This document shows positions 24,998-38,648 of a stretch of 61,131 nt of DNA, piece by piece. Below the pieces are notes generated by a model, which did not search any database, had not been told where the DNA came from, and was given only the letters and a program-made list of their open reading frames with translations. The stretch's first letter is position 1. Each line of letters begins with the position of its first letter. The stretch spans positions 1-61,131 of the forward strand of contig KZ538594.1 in assembly GCA_000934665.2 (NCBI GenBank). Reading direction: 5' to 3'. Source of the DNA: Catajapyx aquilonaris. Lineage: Eukaryota. Position numbers and translations under genes: made by a program.

Positions 24998-26174
24998 GAA
25001 ATTGTGGCCTTATACGGCACTGTCAGGCTCAATAGGACTTATATCCATGTTTATAGACACATTCTGACAAAAAAAAACCAAGTACCTCACCACACACGGT
25101 AATAGCCCTTGTATGTGTCAGTCCCCAAGGCCATCTGTAACCCACGTTACACAACGGATAGTTTTTTTTTTACATCCCTTTAGGTCCCCAGGCCTTGCGG
25201 TGTAGACCAGCAAGTTGACACATGTCAGCAAGGTTGTCTCTCTTCCCCTGAAACTGTCGCTCACACCGGTGTTTTGAGGTTGGAAAGTAGGGGATGGAGC
25301 AGAGGGGAGGTTGGGGGAGTATCTTTGCCCACATTTTGTAGGGAAGATGATGAAGGTCCTGGGATGAAAACCCTCTGCGGGATATGTGGAGCTGTGCCAA
25401 GGTTTAGGGGGAGAAAAGGGGGCGCGTAGGGGTGAAAAAGGGGGACTAAAATGGGTGTTGCTAGTTGTCATAGAGCTAGTTTCTGGTTTGACATCAACTC
25501 AACGCTAAATTCATATTTCCAATATATGGAACAGTTTCACATATGGTCCACCTCCCATTGGGCAAGGTCAGCTGGGCCGTGAAAGGTCTCATTAAATCTG
25601 AACTTGCTGTTTTCTGAAGGATTCGTACCGAAGACAGCCCAGTTTTGATAATGACTACAGACGATATGAATAGGTCAAAATTTTAAAACTCAATTTACAT
25701 ACCGATATCGTACTATCACCATTTATAGTTTAAAAAACCACAGATTATAATCAACTGGCTGCAATGTACACAACATTATGCGACATGCATTTGTTTGCAT
25801 GGTACCCAAAATTGCAATACCTGCACACATACTAGCTAGCAAAATTCGCAATAAATCAATTTGGTCTGGGAATGCCCCTGTAGATGGCGTGGTATCCAGT
25901 AGGCGATAGTATAAATAATGAATATGTGATCGTGTATGGTTGGAGGGAAGGCCCTGATCGCACCCCAATCCAATTAACACGGCCAATGGCATAGGCAGAC
26001 ATCAATAATTCATGTACGGAAGGTCCTGTTTTGGCAACCAGTTACCAGGATGGGTAGGTACAAGGTCCAGACTGAGTTTTAACAAGATCGGCAAATCACA
26101 TGAGACACTTTTTCCCATTCTTTCAAGTATAAACATGTGAATATATCGATATATCGTAACCTAGCAAAGTATCG

Positions 26175-26248
26175 GCCTGCCTGTCCACGGACGGACAGAC
26201 GGACAAAGCCGTTTTGTAAGACTTTTTCAATGAGAAAAAGCCGAAAAG
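26175..26248 (-). mobile_element. HINE-like element, 5' fragment (copy C)
   Basis: Minus strand reads ttttcggctttttctcattgaaaaagtcttacaaaacggctttgtccgtctgtccgtccgtggaca: subTIR followed by the microsatellite. Confidence 0.6.
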
Positions 26249-26759
26249 GTTCGCGCAGAAGACTGTCCGAAACATTTTTTTGAGGATTGGCCAGAATATA
26301 TCCGGTTTATTCAGCCAGAAGTAATTGGTCCAACCACCAGAGAGCGTCCTCCAGGAGACTCTTCAATTCCGGTTGCATCCCTCCCTCCGGAGGTAGAACC
26401 AGCGTCCCGGAAATTCGGAAGGAAGATGTGGGGGAACGATGCCATGTCGCCAGGGCCTCATTTGCATCATCCCTTGTGAAAGCAGGACGTCACTCGCTTG
26501 CTGGGCGACCAAGGACTGGACACTTCCCATGGATATCTTTTCAAGTTGTCCATAAATGCGTGCCGGTTAAGACGTGTCCGGGACACGTGTCAAGGGTTGG
26601 ATTTGCATGATCTCTTATCAAAGCAACTCGAAGGGACACACCAGGCAACTTCCCAGAGAGAGCGTACAGGGTGTCACTTAAAGGCTGACAAACTGACAGT
26701 CGGTCCTTGTGGTTAAAACCCGTTTACATGAGGCCGTTGCTTTCAGCTTCGTCTCGTGT

Positions 26760-27085
26760 TACAGTGCATGCGCCATGACGTCCTATGAGACACTCGCGAA
26801 CTTGGCAATTACTCACAAGGTGTCCTCTCTTGCCGCATGCGCAACATCTTGCAAGGCGGGGCTCATCAGTGTCCTATCAGGGTCTCCAGTGTGCGCATGC
26901 GCAATCTCTTAGAAGGTGTTTTTTCAGAGCGCATGCGCAACTTCCTGAAAGGCGGGGCTAGCGACGGCGTCTTATCATTGGCGCATTGGATGGTGTCCTA
27001 TCTTTCCGCATGTGCTGCATTCTGTAAGGCGGTGCAAGCACCAGTGTCCTTTTCGGTCATCGACTGTGAGTATGCGGAACCTCTT
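26760..27085. repeat. Degenerate repeat with about 6 GCATGCGC(A) cores plus GGCGGGG motifs
   Basis: gcatgcgc at about 26766, 26836, 26895 and 26931, with weaker copies at about 27008 and 27070. Confidence 0.65.
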
Positions 27086-28320
27086 GAGGGTGGATCTTGT
27101 GTACGGCCCGTTCTGACCGCTGACCACCCTCTTTCAGTGCCCCATTTCTACTGAGACAATCAGTCGTCCGGAGCATGAACCCTCCAGCAGAAAACCCGCA
27201 CATTCATCCCCCTGCGGTCCCTAAAATCGCTCTCTCATTTGCGGGTTCCTGGAAGTGGGTGACCACAGCTCCGGCGGGTTGAACCAACCCAAGAAGTTCA
27301 GTATATCAGTAAGGACGTAGATGAAAGAGGGCTACGGTGGAACATTCGGCTGCCGCTCAACCGCACCCGGCTGTTTAGCATTTGGGCCTCGACTCAACCC
27401 CCCACCACCACTGCCGCCATACCCACCTTTCCTCTCATAAATCTGCAGCCATGCAAATCCTTCTGCTCGGCTTAGGCGGACCCAAATTATAATTATCGCT
27501 GGTCTGGCCCTGCTCCCTCGACCGCTATTTGACCCCAGATGCATTACTTCTGCCACAGATGCGCCCGCCAAAAGCCTTGCCCGACAGATGGGGTTGGCTC
27601 AACCAGGGTTGACCCACTACCTTTGGGAAACTGTGGTCAGAAGGGTACGAACTGGTACAAGGTGACTACTCCAGTTCCCTTAAAGCTCGGAGGTACAAGA
27701 CACCTACCATACTAACGGCTACAAGGTGACTTCCCCTAAGGCTCTGAGCTACAGTACACCCACCGTACTAACTTTACATTACGCTCAACCGTGGCGCTTG
27801 CGGAACAAAAAAAATGGCCGCCAGACGTAACAACTCGGCGAGGAAAACTTTGCCAATATTTTTCCCTCTCCCCAGGGAATCCACCGCACCTCCCCACCTT
27901 CATAAAGCCAGTTCAGAATTCAAAGTTGCAACTCCTCCCCTCCCCACACTAGCGCCATCTACCCTCTGAAAACGGACGAGATGCGAGAGGGATGAAACAT
28001 TTAGGTGTATACATAATTGAGGAGGTTAAGCCGCCAGAGGAGGCTTCTGTGCTTTCGAAACAAGCTTGCAGACTGTTTGCATTTTAAAAGAATTAGAAGC
28101 CCGTGGCTCCACCTCCTCGTCTCGCTCCACCATAAATCTCGTACTCTAACGAGGCCTATTCGCTAGTTCAACGGGTTATCCGGAAGATGGCGCTGATCTA
28201 TAGTCAAGTACTATACCAATGAGCAGGGTTCAAGTTTACTTTAAAACTTTAAAACCACTGTAACTGTAACTGGTCAATGACCTCCCAACAGACGGGGCTA
28301 GATTTGACCTTCCCATAGGT

Positions 28321-28550
28321 TTTACACTTCTCTGCAACAAAACGTTTTATAGAACGGCTGTCTGTCTGTCCGGGGACATTTATCAGATAGCGACTGGATT
28401 TGGATTCAGCTAACCCTAAATAGCTTTAATGGTCAATTTCCGGTGACCTGCTACTTCCGGTTTTACTTGTTCCCTCTATTCGCCAAGGTGGTTGTCAGCC
28501 TCACTCCCCATTGCCCAACGAGAAAAGTCTACTCGAATCATCCGTAATTT
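28321..28550 (+). mobile_element. HINE-like element, copy B (non-palindromic form)
   Basis: ggctgtctgtctgtcc...ggattcagc...atggtcaa...ggtgacc...cgccaagg...gagaaaagtctactcgaatca aligns with copy A. Confidence 0.7.
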
Positions 28551-31529
28551 GCCAAATTTGATTTTGTGCGCACCTGATGGCCTTGTTTGGGCCCTGGCCT
28601 TATTTTGGACCTAGCCACCTTATCACCTGGCCTAATTTTTCTGACAATTCCCAGCCCGTTCTAAGTCGTTTCGAGTCTCACACTCGCCAGACCTATTACA
28701 AACGACGTGTCCGTATACCTCGCACCCTAGTTTCGCGATGAGAGCAGCGAGCTTGAAAAATAGTCTAGCGGAAAGCGGGGAGGTGCAAGGGAGGCCTAAG
28801 GCGAGGAGGAGGGAAAGACATGATTGCATTACAGGGGGGCTCTTTGGCTGCTGTCAAGCTTCCTCTCCCTGGGGTCCAACCCTCCCCTCTCTCCTTACAA
28901 GATGAGGACCGGTGTTAGCAGCCCTAGACAGAGAGAAGCCTTTTGTCCCGTGCGATGTTTCTCGCCCAAATTGACAATCTTCTCGCGAGCTGTGTGTTTT
29001 TTTGTGCAAAGAAGTCCACCGCAAGCTATGATGGGTCGCTAGGGAGGCGTAGGACAGGACAGGCGGACAGGACAAGGCAATTGGCCACAGCTCCACAGCT
29101 CAGCTCATATGTATGTGTCTCTATCTTTTTGCGAGTGCTTAATGCCCATAATCATATATTGCGAAAATGAGTTACACATGGTGTGTGATAGTTCTTGATG
29201 TGTGCTTTCTGATGGTAAAGTCAGATTTGTGATACGTGAAGGAGAACACCCCGAAAATTATTTGCAAATATTTCGCGAGTGATTTACGATCCGCGTTCTT
29301 ATATGTAGATTAGGTTAAAAAGCGTTGTAAGACAGCCCTGAATGTGTGCTATCTGACGGTCAAGTCAGAATATTGATATATAAATTACACACCGCTATAA
29401 AAATTTGCAAACTAGTTCGTACATAATGGCTAACGGACTTTTCGCTCCTCAGTTCAGCAGGACTCTGTCCAATTTTCAATTACTTGTATATTGTTGCCAA
29501 TTGCGAAATTTTAGCCAAATTTCGCGAAGAATTCGCTTCAAATTATTTCTATGCGACTATAGCTATAGGCTGCGTTTACAGCCACCAACTTCCCCGATGT
29601 TCTCGAGTTTACCACCACCGCTTATATCAGAATTGCGAATATTATCACGTCCTAAACGCAGAGGGAACCCCCCTGGAAATGCAAATGTTAATGGGTCCAC
29701 TTAAGCGTTGCTTTTTGGTTTTGGAAACGGTGATGGGGGGAGAAGTTCTCCGCGTTTAAAATCCTTTTTTCCCACCCCTAGCAACCTCCCCCATTTTACC
29801 ATAAATCCCAATCCAACTCGCGAACCTGTTTCATATTCATGGGGATGATTGCAACATTACCCCCCCCCCTTTCCCCTACACTGCCAAAAAATTATGAAAA
29901 TTATGCGCGTGCTCACAATGTTCGATTTAGGTGTTGTGAGGCTGAGGGTGAAGAGCGGTGAGGCTGAGGGAGAAGAGCTATTCCGCTACGAGAAAGAGCA
30001 ACAATTTTTTTTTCGGAAAAAACTGAAAGTACTTGTAAATGCACGCTACGTACTCTCGCCATTCTTGGTATCCCGCTAATGCTTGGAAGAACGCATGTGT
30101 TGCAAATCAGGAAGTCTAACCGTGCGACTAGCACGTGACTTGAACGTGAAAATTGAAAAATTCGCGACAAAATGGCTCGGAATTAATTCAATTCGCACGC
30201 CAAGAGCTGAGATGATTTATTTATCGAGACTTTTGGGACAGTACCGGTATGTCCTCTATAGGTGTCACTAGTGACAACGCTACTCAGATCAATGTAAATC
30301 CAATATCGTTGGCGTCGTAAATTGTGATGATATTAAAAGGAAGTGCAGGAATGACTTCAGGGGGGGGGGGNGGGCTGACATTATCGCAGCTCTTGCCAGG
30401 CGTCCGAATCGATCTGAAGTAGGGGAAGGAGCAGTGGGGGAGGTCAACCCTACCCGCTCCTTCACCTACCTTTAGAACGAGCCAACTCATTCTTAGGAAG
30501 GGAAGAGACTATAGCTTTGTCGGAAAGATTTTTCATATCGGGAGACCCCATGCCCTAACTCTCATTTTCAACTGGAATCGATACGTTGCCTAGATTACGA
30601 TATTTCGGTATCGATATATCGATTCACATGCCCATCAGTATCGGAGTGGGATTTGACGAGCTTGTTTGTTGTCTTGGAGAGGCCTAAGTCGAGGCTATCT
30701 TGTATCGTGAGACCCTAAGACGAGGCTAGTTTGTATAAATACTCACTGACCTAGCAACCATCCTGATTTAAAGTTCGACCCCCCAAACGTGCTTCTCACA
30801 GTTGACAAGAACCAATAAAGGCTGGCCGCTTGGTACACCCGAGGCCCACTGAACCACTTCATTACCTCCCGTTCAATTAACCGCGATTGAGGAAGTTCCG
30901 CTAACAGAGAAGTGAGCCCCCGAGTTTGGCGGTTGTAAATTGTGCCCTCCCGAAACAGGCAGCATCCTCTGACGGAGGGCAGAAAGAAGTTCGAAAAACG
31001 ATACATTTTAGGAGAGGGGGTAGCCTCGACCCAACCTCCTACAAAGTTTGGCAACCCTCGGGCACACCCAGGCTGCCAACCAAAATTGTGAACACTGCGG
31101 TTAGTTAACAGTTGGCAACCCTACTCTTCACATATGTGCGGAAGAAATGATTCCAGCTCTCAAAATCCCAGAACCTCATTTCCCTCCAGACTCTCTGTAA
31201 CTCCCTCACAACAGTAGAAAAAGAAAAGCGTAATAGCTTCGGGCCAAGGACATAGCTCGTTTTCTCCTCTAATGAAAATGGGGAGCCTTCACTAACCAAT
31301 TCCAGTCGAATAGCCCTTCTCTTTTTTCGTTCCTAACTCTGAACTGGAGGAATTACTTGGGGACCTCTCAGCTGGGCTTGGATTTCCTATCTTCTCATCC
31401 AGATGACCCCACTGTCGGTTTGACCTGAAGCTAACCCCTTGGAGGGTCTGTGAGAACCACACGGCTCCGAATGTTTGATCAAAACCCTTAAAATGTGAGT
31501 CACAATATATTTAGTGAGGCGTGAGTGAC

Positions 31530-32092
31530 AGCTACTCACAGCATTGAGTGATGGGTAGCCACTCACAATAATTATTGAGTGACTTGTAGAGCCACGGAGG
31601 TAATGGCCAAGGGGTTAGCAACTCCCTGGAACCGGTGTACACACTGGCCATGGAACCAGGTGGAACCGGCTTGGAAACAGCCTGGAACCGGGTGGAACTA
31701 GCCTGGAACCGGGTGGAACTAGCCTGGAACCGGGTAGAACCAGCCTGGAACCGGGTGGAGCCGGCTTGGAACTGGTTCCAGGATCTAGTGTACACTTTTT
31801 GGGAGAGTTGCTAACCCCTTGGTAATGACTGACTACTTGGAGAGCAACGCAGGTAATGACTGACTTGAAAGCCACTCACAATATTGAGTGACGGGTATAG
31901 ACACTCAACATTGAGTGACCTGTAGATCCACTCACAACATTGAGTGATGGATAGACACTCGCAATATTGAGTGACGGCTAGAGGCACTCGCAATATTGAG
32001 TGACGGCTAGAGGCACTCGCAATATTGAGTGACGGCTAGAGGCACTCGCAATATTGAGTGACGGCTAGAGGCACTCACAATATTGAGTGACT
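31530..32092. repeat. 29-bp minisatellite with a palindromic core cactc(g/a)caatattgagtg
   Basis: Unit ggcactcgcaatattgagtgacggctaga, near-perfect at 31950-32090; interrupted by a MITE. Confidence 0.9.
31608..31821. mobile_element. hAT-type MITE, 214 bp, with an internal 21-bp tandem repeat
   Basis: TIRs caaggggttagcaactc/gagttgctaaccccttg; 8-bp TSD gtaatggc/gtaatgac (1 mismatch); internal ggaaccgggtggaactagcct repeats. Confidence 0.85.
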
Positions 32093-32744
32093 CAAGTACG
32101 CCACAAACGAGCAATATATTATTTTTCGATATGTGACTGGTCAGTCGTGGTCTGTCAACATAGAAGCGATATCGCTCCTGTAATGAATTCGCTCGCTTAT
32201 GATTCCACATCGCCCATGAATGCGATGAGTCAAAGAGGCGTGACTAGCGGTCGGCCCCATTTGACTGCCCAATCCAATAGCTTGTCCCCAGCCATTTTTG
32301 TCACTGCGACATTCTGTCTGCGATGGGATTATCCGCACGTTGTCGTCCATATTCCAGGAGAGGGGGCCGATTAGATTGAAGCTCTTCTCTCTGGTGGAAT
32401 CCTGTTCCGAGTCTAATGGGCTGAGAGCGATATCAAAAGCAAGGGACTAATCTCGTTCTGCTCTGCTTTCTTCCATTGTTAGATGGGAACCCCCCCTTCG
32501 CACAGGTCCGGAGAGACTCCGGGGCTTGTCTTTCACTTTGCATTTTAATGCGGCCTACATTTCGGGGCCACCCTGCAAAATCCGGGAATCTACTTCATTC
32601 CCATAACGGGGAGGAGGTTTTTCCCCGCAGCGGAACTGGAAATGAAAATTTTGCGTCGGTTGCGACAAAAGCTGACGTCATTTTGAAGCGATTTGGAGAT
32701 GTCGCTCAAGGTGTGTGTAAACAGCGAGCGAAAGTATAGGGCGT

Positions 32745-33500
32745 AGCGTGAGGGTGACTGTGAGCGAATTCGAAGACTATCAGGGGGAAGCGAGATGTCA
32801 CGCTTACGCTACGAGCTTGAGAATACACTTTGAATGTGATCATGATTTCATGAATGTAATCGTGATCCTGGGCGTCATCGTTAACGTAAGCGGGATCCTG
32901 GGCGTCATCGTTAACGTAATCGTGATCTTGGGAGTGATCGTGAACTTAAGCGTGATCCTGGGCGTGATCATAACCGTAAGCGTGATCGTGAACGTGATCG
33001 TGAACGTAAGCGTGATCCTGGGCTTCAGCGTGAATGTGAATGTTAGAGGAAAAATTAGCAATACGTGAGCGTCAGCGTGAGAGTTAAAGTGTGTTGATAA
33101 GCATGCGAAAACCCCGATACGAATGGAGTGTGAAAATTCGCTTCTCGTCATTCTCGCTCACGATTTCGGTAGTATGATCGTTTCTCGCGAGCTTGGGAAT
33201 GTGAACGTGAACGTGAACATGAATGTGAGATGAAAAATCAGCATGATCCTGAACGTTAGCGGCATCGTGAGAGTTAAGGTGAGTTGATAAGATCGCGAAA
33301 CCGATTGGGTTTGAAAATTCGCTTCTCGTTATTATCGCTCACACTTTCGTTATGACCGTTTCTCGAGAGCTTGAGAACACACATTGACTATAAAGCTCAC
33401 CGATATTGTAAATCGTAGCGTGTACGGTACATGAATGTGAGCCTGAACGTAAGCGTGAATGTAAGCGTGAGCGTGAAGGTGTGCTCATAATCTCGCAAGA
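32745..33500. repeat. Degenerate CGTGA/GCGTGATC repeat, opposite-strand motif style to 16965-17885
   Basis: gtgaacgtaagcgtgatcctgggc modules plus a ~170-bp internal duplication (about 33030-33200 vs 33220-33375). Confidence 0.75.
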
Positions 33501-34579
33501 ATAGTGAGCAAGACTCCAGTTATCACACCCTATTCTTCCATTTGTCTTCTCTCTCACGCGAAAAAGTTTCTCTCCTTCTCGCCACCTTGGGACCACATCA
33601 CGCTCACGCTCACGCTAGGACAAACTCTCTCGAAATTGTTGGACAATTTCACCTTCATGCCGTCGACTATAGCCTACACAGCTTCAGACTCACAGCGTCA
33701 GACCAGCTTTAAGCATATTAACCTACTAAAGTTTCTCGCATCCTTAACTAAGCACGTGACTCTTGTCGCCGAGTACCGCCAATTTTCGCTCGCAAAACTA
33801 TCCCGCTCTAAACTTTATACAAACAAAAAAAAATTATAAATTACACTTCACGCTTTTTTTGTGTTTTTCTCGCCAGATTATTGATGCATTTGCGCATTAG
33901 TTTTAGGGAAGGGTTGAAAGAGCAAAGTTGTGTAATTGATTTCGGGAGGTGGTAGGTGGCGCCACCGGTCTGCTTCCGACAGGAGTCATTGGGTAGGGAT
34001 AGGAGTTGGGGGGAAGGAAAGAATTTATGGCGAGCAATAATGAGTAAAGAGTCGCGGGGACGCTTCAATTGCAAGGGGATATTAAAAACGTGCAACCAAC
34101 ATAAGACGGTTCTAAGGTCGAAAGAAACTGGGTTTTTTTTCTCCCCGTAAATCAGGGCGGGGCCACAGATTTACTGCCGGATGAGTGCAGCTGTTTCTGG
34201 AAAAAGTTTTTGAAGGAAAAAAGCCGTGTGATACTATCGATTTGGTTTTTGGAAGGAGTTTTTTGGGAACCAATTTTGGCTTCAGCTTTGGATAATAGGG
34301 GGTGTTATAGATGGTGCTGATGGCCAGTTTTAGAGGGGATGACCTTGAATATTGGCCACAGATGGTGCTATGATCAAGCGCGTTTTATGAGACATTCTGA
34401 AAGGTAGTGTAACTTAAACGCTCTTTACATTTTTGTAACTATTTTACTGGAAAGCTAAGCATTGAACACACCCTTTGAATTGGACTATTATAATAACAAT
34501 TACAATTAATGCATAATTATTGGTGGTATTTAAGAATTTATAGTCTAAATAAATAAAAGAAATAATAGCCTACTTAAGA

Positions 34580-34822
34580 TTTATAAGGTAATATAAGGTT
34601 CATATAAAATTATAAGGTAATATAACGTCCATATAAAATTATAAGGTAATATAACGTCCATATAAAATTATACAGTAATATAACGTTCATGTACAATTAT
34701 AAGGTAATATAACGTCCATATAAAATTATAAGGTAATATAACGTTCACGTACAATTATAAGGTAATATAACGTTCATATAAAATTATAAGGTAATATAAC
34801 GTTCATATAAAATTATAAGGTA
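34580..34822. repeat. 29-bp AT-rich minisatellite, about 8 copies
   Basis: Unit ttataaggtaatataacgt(t/c)catataaaa. Confidence 0.95.
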
Positions 34823-36359
34823 TACGGGTAATAATAATAGTAAATTACTGATTATTAATAAATATTTTGAGTAATAGGCACATATAAATTAATTCATTAA
34901 CAAAAGAATAATGAAAGTACATACATATAAAGAAATAAAGAAACAGACAGATGGAATAATATGCGTAGCCTATAGCAAGAAAAATTAAAGATAGATAGAA
35001 AGATAGATAGATAAATAGATAGAGATATACAGTATAGTTACATTCATAGTATAACAATATTATTGCAATAAACAATATATTCAATGGTGTATGAATAATA
35101 TAAATAAACAACACAACAATGTCATTAATAAATAACGCAACACAGTAATAGCCTAAATCAATCAATTAAATTAAAATTAATGAAGAAATTAATAAGGTAA
35201 TGACTATTCTCTATATTAACTCATAAGCAAGGAAACAATAAGTATGTTAAATTGTGACTATACAAACTTATGTGCTCATATGTGCATGGCCTTTTCTCTC
35301 ATGTCATGTGTAAGAGTACATAAACCATTGGATTCGCCAGTGGCTTAGCCTGCATGGCCAATGGTGCAACACTAGGTAGATACTGCGAGACATATACAGT
35401 CCGTAAATGTAAAGTAAAGGGGTCGGAAATCCTCCCAATTGGCATTGTTTCACGCCCGATCAATTAGCTCTTGAGGGATTAGTGCTGCGAAACAGTGTTG
35501 GAAATATAATCACACTGTATTATCCCCGGTCGAGCGACGATACACCCGAATTATATTAGCCTCCGGACCCTGACAAGTGCTCCCGGAATTAGCTCTGTAA
35601 ACACTTATTCAGGCGGGGCCTGGAGGATTGTTAGAGAGCTGTAGAGTGCCAGTTTGAGGGGGCCTCCAAAACGACAGAGTGGAATACCATCAATCCCTTG
35701 ACCTACTTGTTCGCTTTCCAAATCTCATTTGCTCTCAAAACTTGACAAGAATGCGCAACAACTCATTACTCCAGCTAAGCGAACGTCATCACTTCATTTC
35801 CTGAACAAAATATTCATCTCTCCATATATGGATTCAAAATGGCGCCACCCAGCAGCAATCCCAATTTTCATCGGATCTGGATTCAAAATGGCTGTTTCCA
35901 CTGGATTATCAGCATTTCCATGTTGGCATCAATCACATTGAGCTCAGTACGAGAGGCTTCCTCCTTATTAAAGGAAAACCTCGCAGACTCCGGAGACATC
36001 GTTTCGCTGCCCAACGCAATTATGCCCGGAGTATCCGGAGAGATGTCTCCAGCTGGTTGTTACCAGCAGGACACATTTAGANNNGGGGGGGGGGGGGGGG
36101 GGGTATGGAAGGGAAGAGTGAAGTGCTACAGGGGCTTGTGGCTTTTGAAGAGCATCACGTTGTTAGCTGGAAGGGGGGAGGTTGGTTAGGACAGATTTTA
36201 TGCCTGTTTTATACCTATTTTTTTCGTAATTGGCGCTTCAAGTGCAGTAGTCTTGCCAGGTTTGTATCAGATTCGGACGAATAACGCGAGATGGCTCTGG
36301 TTAGTAATTGGACATGCTTAGAATTATAGGGGATCATAGCTTAGATTGTGACGAGGATT

Positions 36360-37090
36360 AGTTTCAAAAGTATGTGTTAATTTATTAGGTTCAAAAATAT
36401 GTTAACTTATTAGGTTCAAAAATACATGTTAATTTATTAGGTTCAAAAATACATGTTAATTTATTAGGTTCAAAAATATATGTTAATTTATTAGTTTCAA
36501 AAATATCTGTTAATTTATTAGTTTCAAAAATATCTGTTAATGTATTAGTTTCAAAAATATTTTATTAACTCGTTTCAAAAATATTTTATTTATTCGTTTC
36601 AAAAATTAGTTAATAATTTTATATTAATTATTTATTAGGAACATATTTAGGAATATTAACTAGTTGGAGAATATTTCAAAATATTTGTCATTTCTCTTCA
36701 AATATAACTTCATTACTTTCAAAATATTAGTTCCTGAATAATTTAACAAATATTAATTTATTACTTTCAAAAATATTAGTTCATATATTGTTTTCAAAAA
36801 TATTCCTCTGCCAGTAGAAAAATATTTAATTATTTTCAAATATATTAGTGCATAATATAGTGTTTTCAAAAATATTCCTCCGCCTGTGGAAAAAATGTCT
36901 TTATTTTCAAATAATAATAATTTATTATTTGAAAATTGTTATTATTAGTAATTTGAAAATTATTATTATTGGTAATTTAAAAATTATTATTATTGGTAAT
37001 TTGAAAATTATTATTATTGGTTATTTTCAAAAATTATTATTATTAGTTGCTTTCAAAAATACTAGTTCATTTATTACGTTCAAAAAATAA
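36360..37090. repeat. 27-bp minisatellite (tgttaatttattaggttcaaaaataca) decaying into TTCAAAAAT low-complexity sequence
   Basis: Periodicity clear at 36374-36560. Confidence 0.85.
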
Positions 37091-37779
37091 TGTAGTGTCA
37101 GCTGGGATAACCTTTTCACTGAAAAGTAATGGTTGCTTTTGAAATATTAAATATAATCAGATATTTGTTCCCTTAATTAGCGTTGATGCAACCCACCATT
37201 AGTTTACCACAACATGCAGATGATCTGTGTCGATTATCAGTTCTAACCCGTCATTTAATAGAACCGGAGGAAAATATTTGTGCTAAAATGACATGGGAGT
37301 ATGGGCAGGAACATGGCCGTGCAGGCATAAATTTTCGCATTTGTTACCCTCCCGATATAAAGTGGATTTGTTGCATGGTTAAAACTGTGTAAAATGCGGG
37401 CCCAGGGTTTTTGTGGCTGGAGCGCTGGTTTAATTTGGGGTTTCATCTTAGCTGAAACTGCGGTTTTATATCGGGCTTACCGACGCTGTTTTGCTTCTTG
37501 TTTGAACTAGGTTCAATCAGGCGTGGACCAATCGGGTTATCTGGCATCACCACGACACGGTTATCGTTTAAACACTGTTTTACAAGCTTGTTAGGCCTGG
37601 CTTCCCCCATCTAGGCAACGAAAAGTTTAAACGTGACCGGGAACGTAAACGACACGTTTTCGGGCCGTAGTGTTAGAACGAAAAGTTGTAAGGGAAAAAG
37701 TCAGCCAGATTTTCACCATCTAATATTTTTCAAATGTTTTGAAACCAAAATTTCCATATACGATTCGGAAATCAATCAG

Positions 37780-38648
37780 GGAAGAATATCGATACATTTT
37801 CAGAGAAACGACATCACATTTTGATATATTGCAATTTGATATTTGCAATATAGGACCAACCGCATGGAAAGCGAGATAATTGTCGATATTTTATTTTCTA
37901 TCGATATTATTTTCGATATATCGTACATATATTCTTATTTCGATGTATCGGTGATATATTCTTATTTCGATATATCGGTCATACATTCTTATTTCGATAT
38001 ATCGGTCATATAATCTTATTTCGATATATTCCCAAAACGGTATAATTTTCTAAATTTTATTTTTATCGATATTATTTTTTATATTTTATTTTTATCGATA
38101 TTATTTTTTATATTTTATTTTTATCGATATTATTTTTTATTTTTTATTTTTATCGATATTAATTTTCGATACGGCATTTTATTTTTCATTGATATTAATT
38201 TTCGATATTTTATTTTCTACCGATATTAATTTTCGATATTTTATTTTCTACCGATATTATTTTTCGATACGGTATTTTATTTTTATAGATATTATTTTTC
38301 GATACGGTATTTTATTTTCTACCGATATTAATTTTCGATATTTTATTTTCTACCGATATTATTTTTCAATATTTCATTTTTTATCGATATTATTTTTCGC
38401 TACGGTATTTTATTTTTTATAGATATTATTTTTCGATACGGTATTTTATTTTCTATCGATATTATTTTTCGATATTTTATTTTCTATCGATATTATTTTT
38501 TGATATTTTATTTTCTATCGATATTATTTTTCGATATTTTATTTTCTATCGATATTATTTTTCGATATACTGTATCTACCGATTAACATCAAATTTTTGA
38601 TATTATCATCCATTTGACATCAAAATCGTTTGTATCGAACATCCCCAG
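37780..38648. repeat. ATCGAT-rich block with ~31-bp tandem units, ending in a hAT-like terminus (gtatcgaacatcccc)
   Basis: Units ttttattttctatcgatattatttttcgata. Confidence 0.85.

Noticed and set aside
31850..32092. Palindromic 29-bp repeats resembling CRISPR repeats
   Set aside because: They are head-to-tail with no unique spacers.
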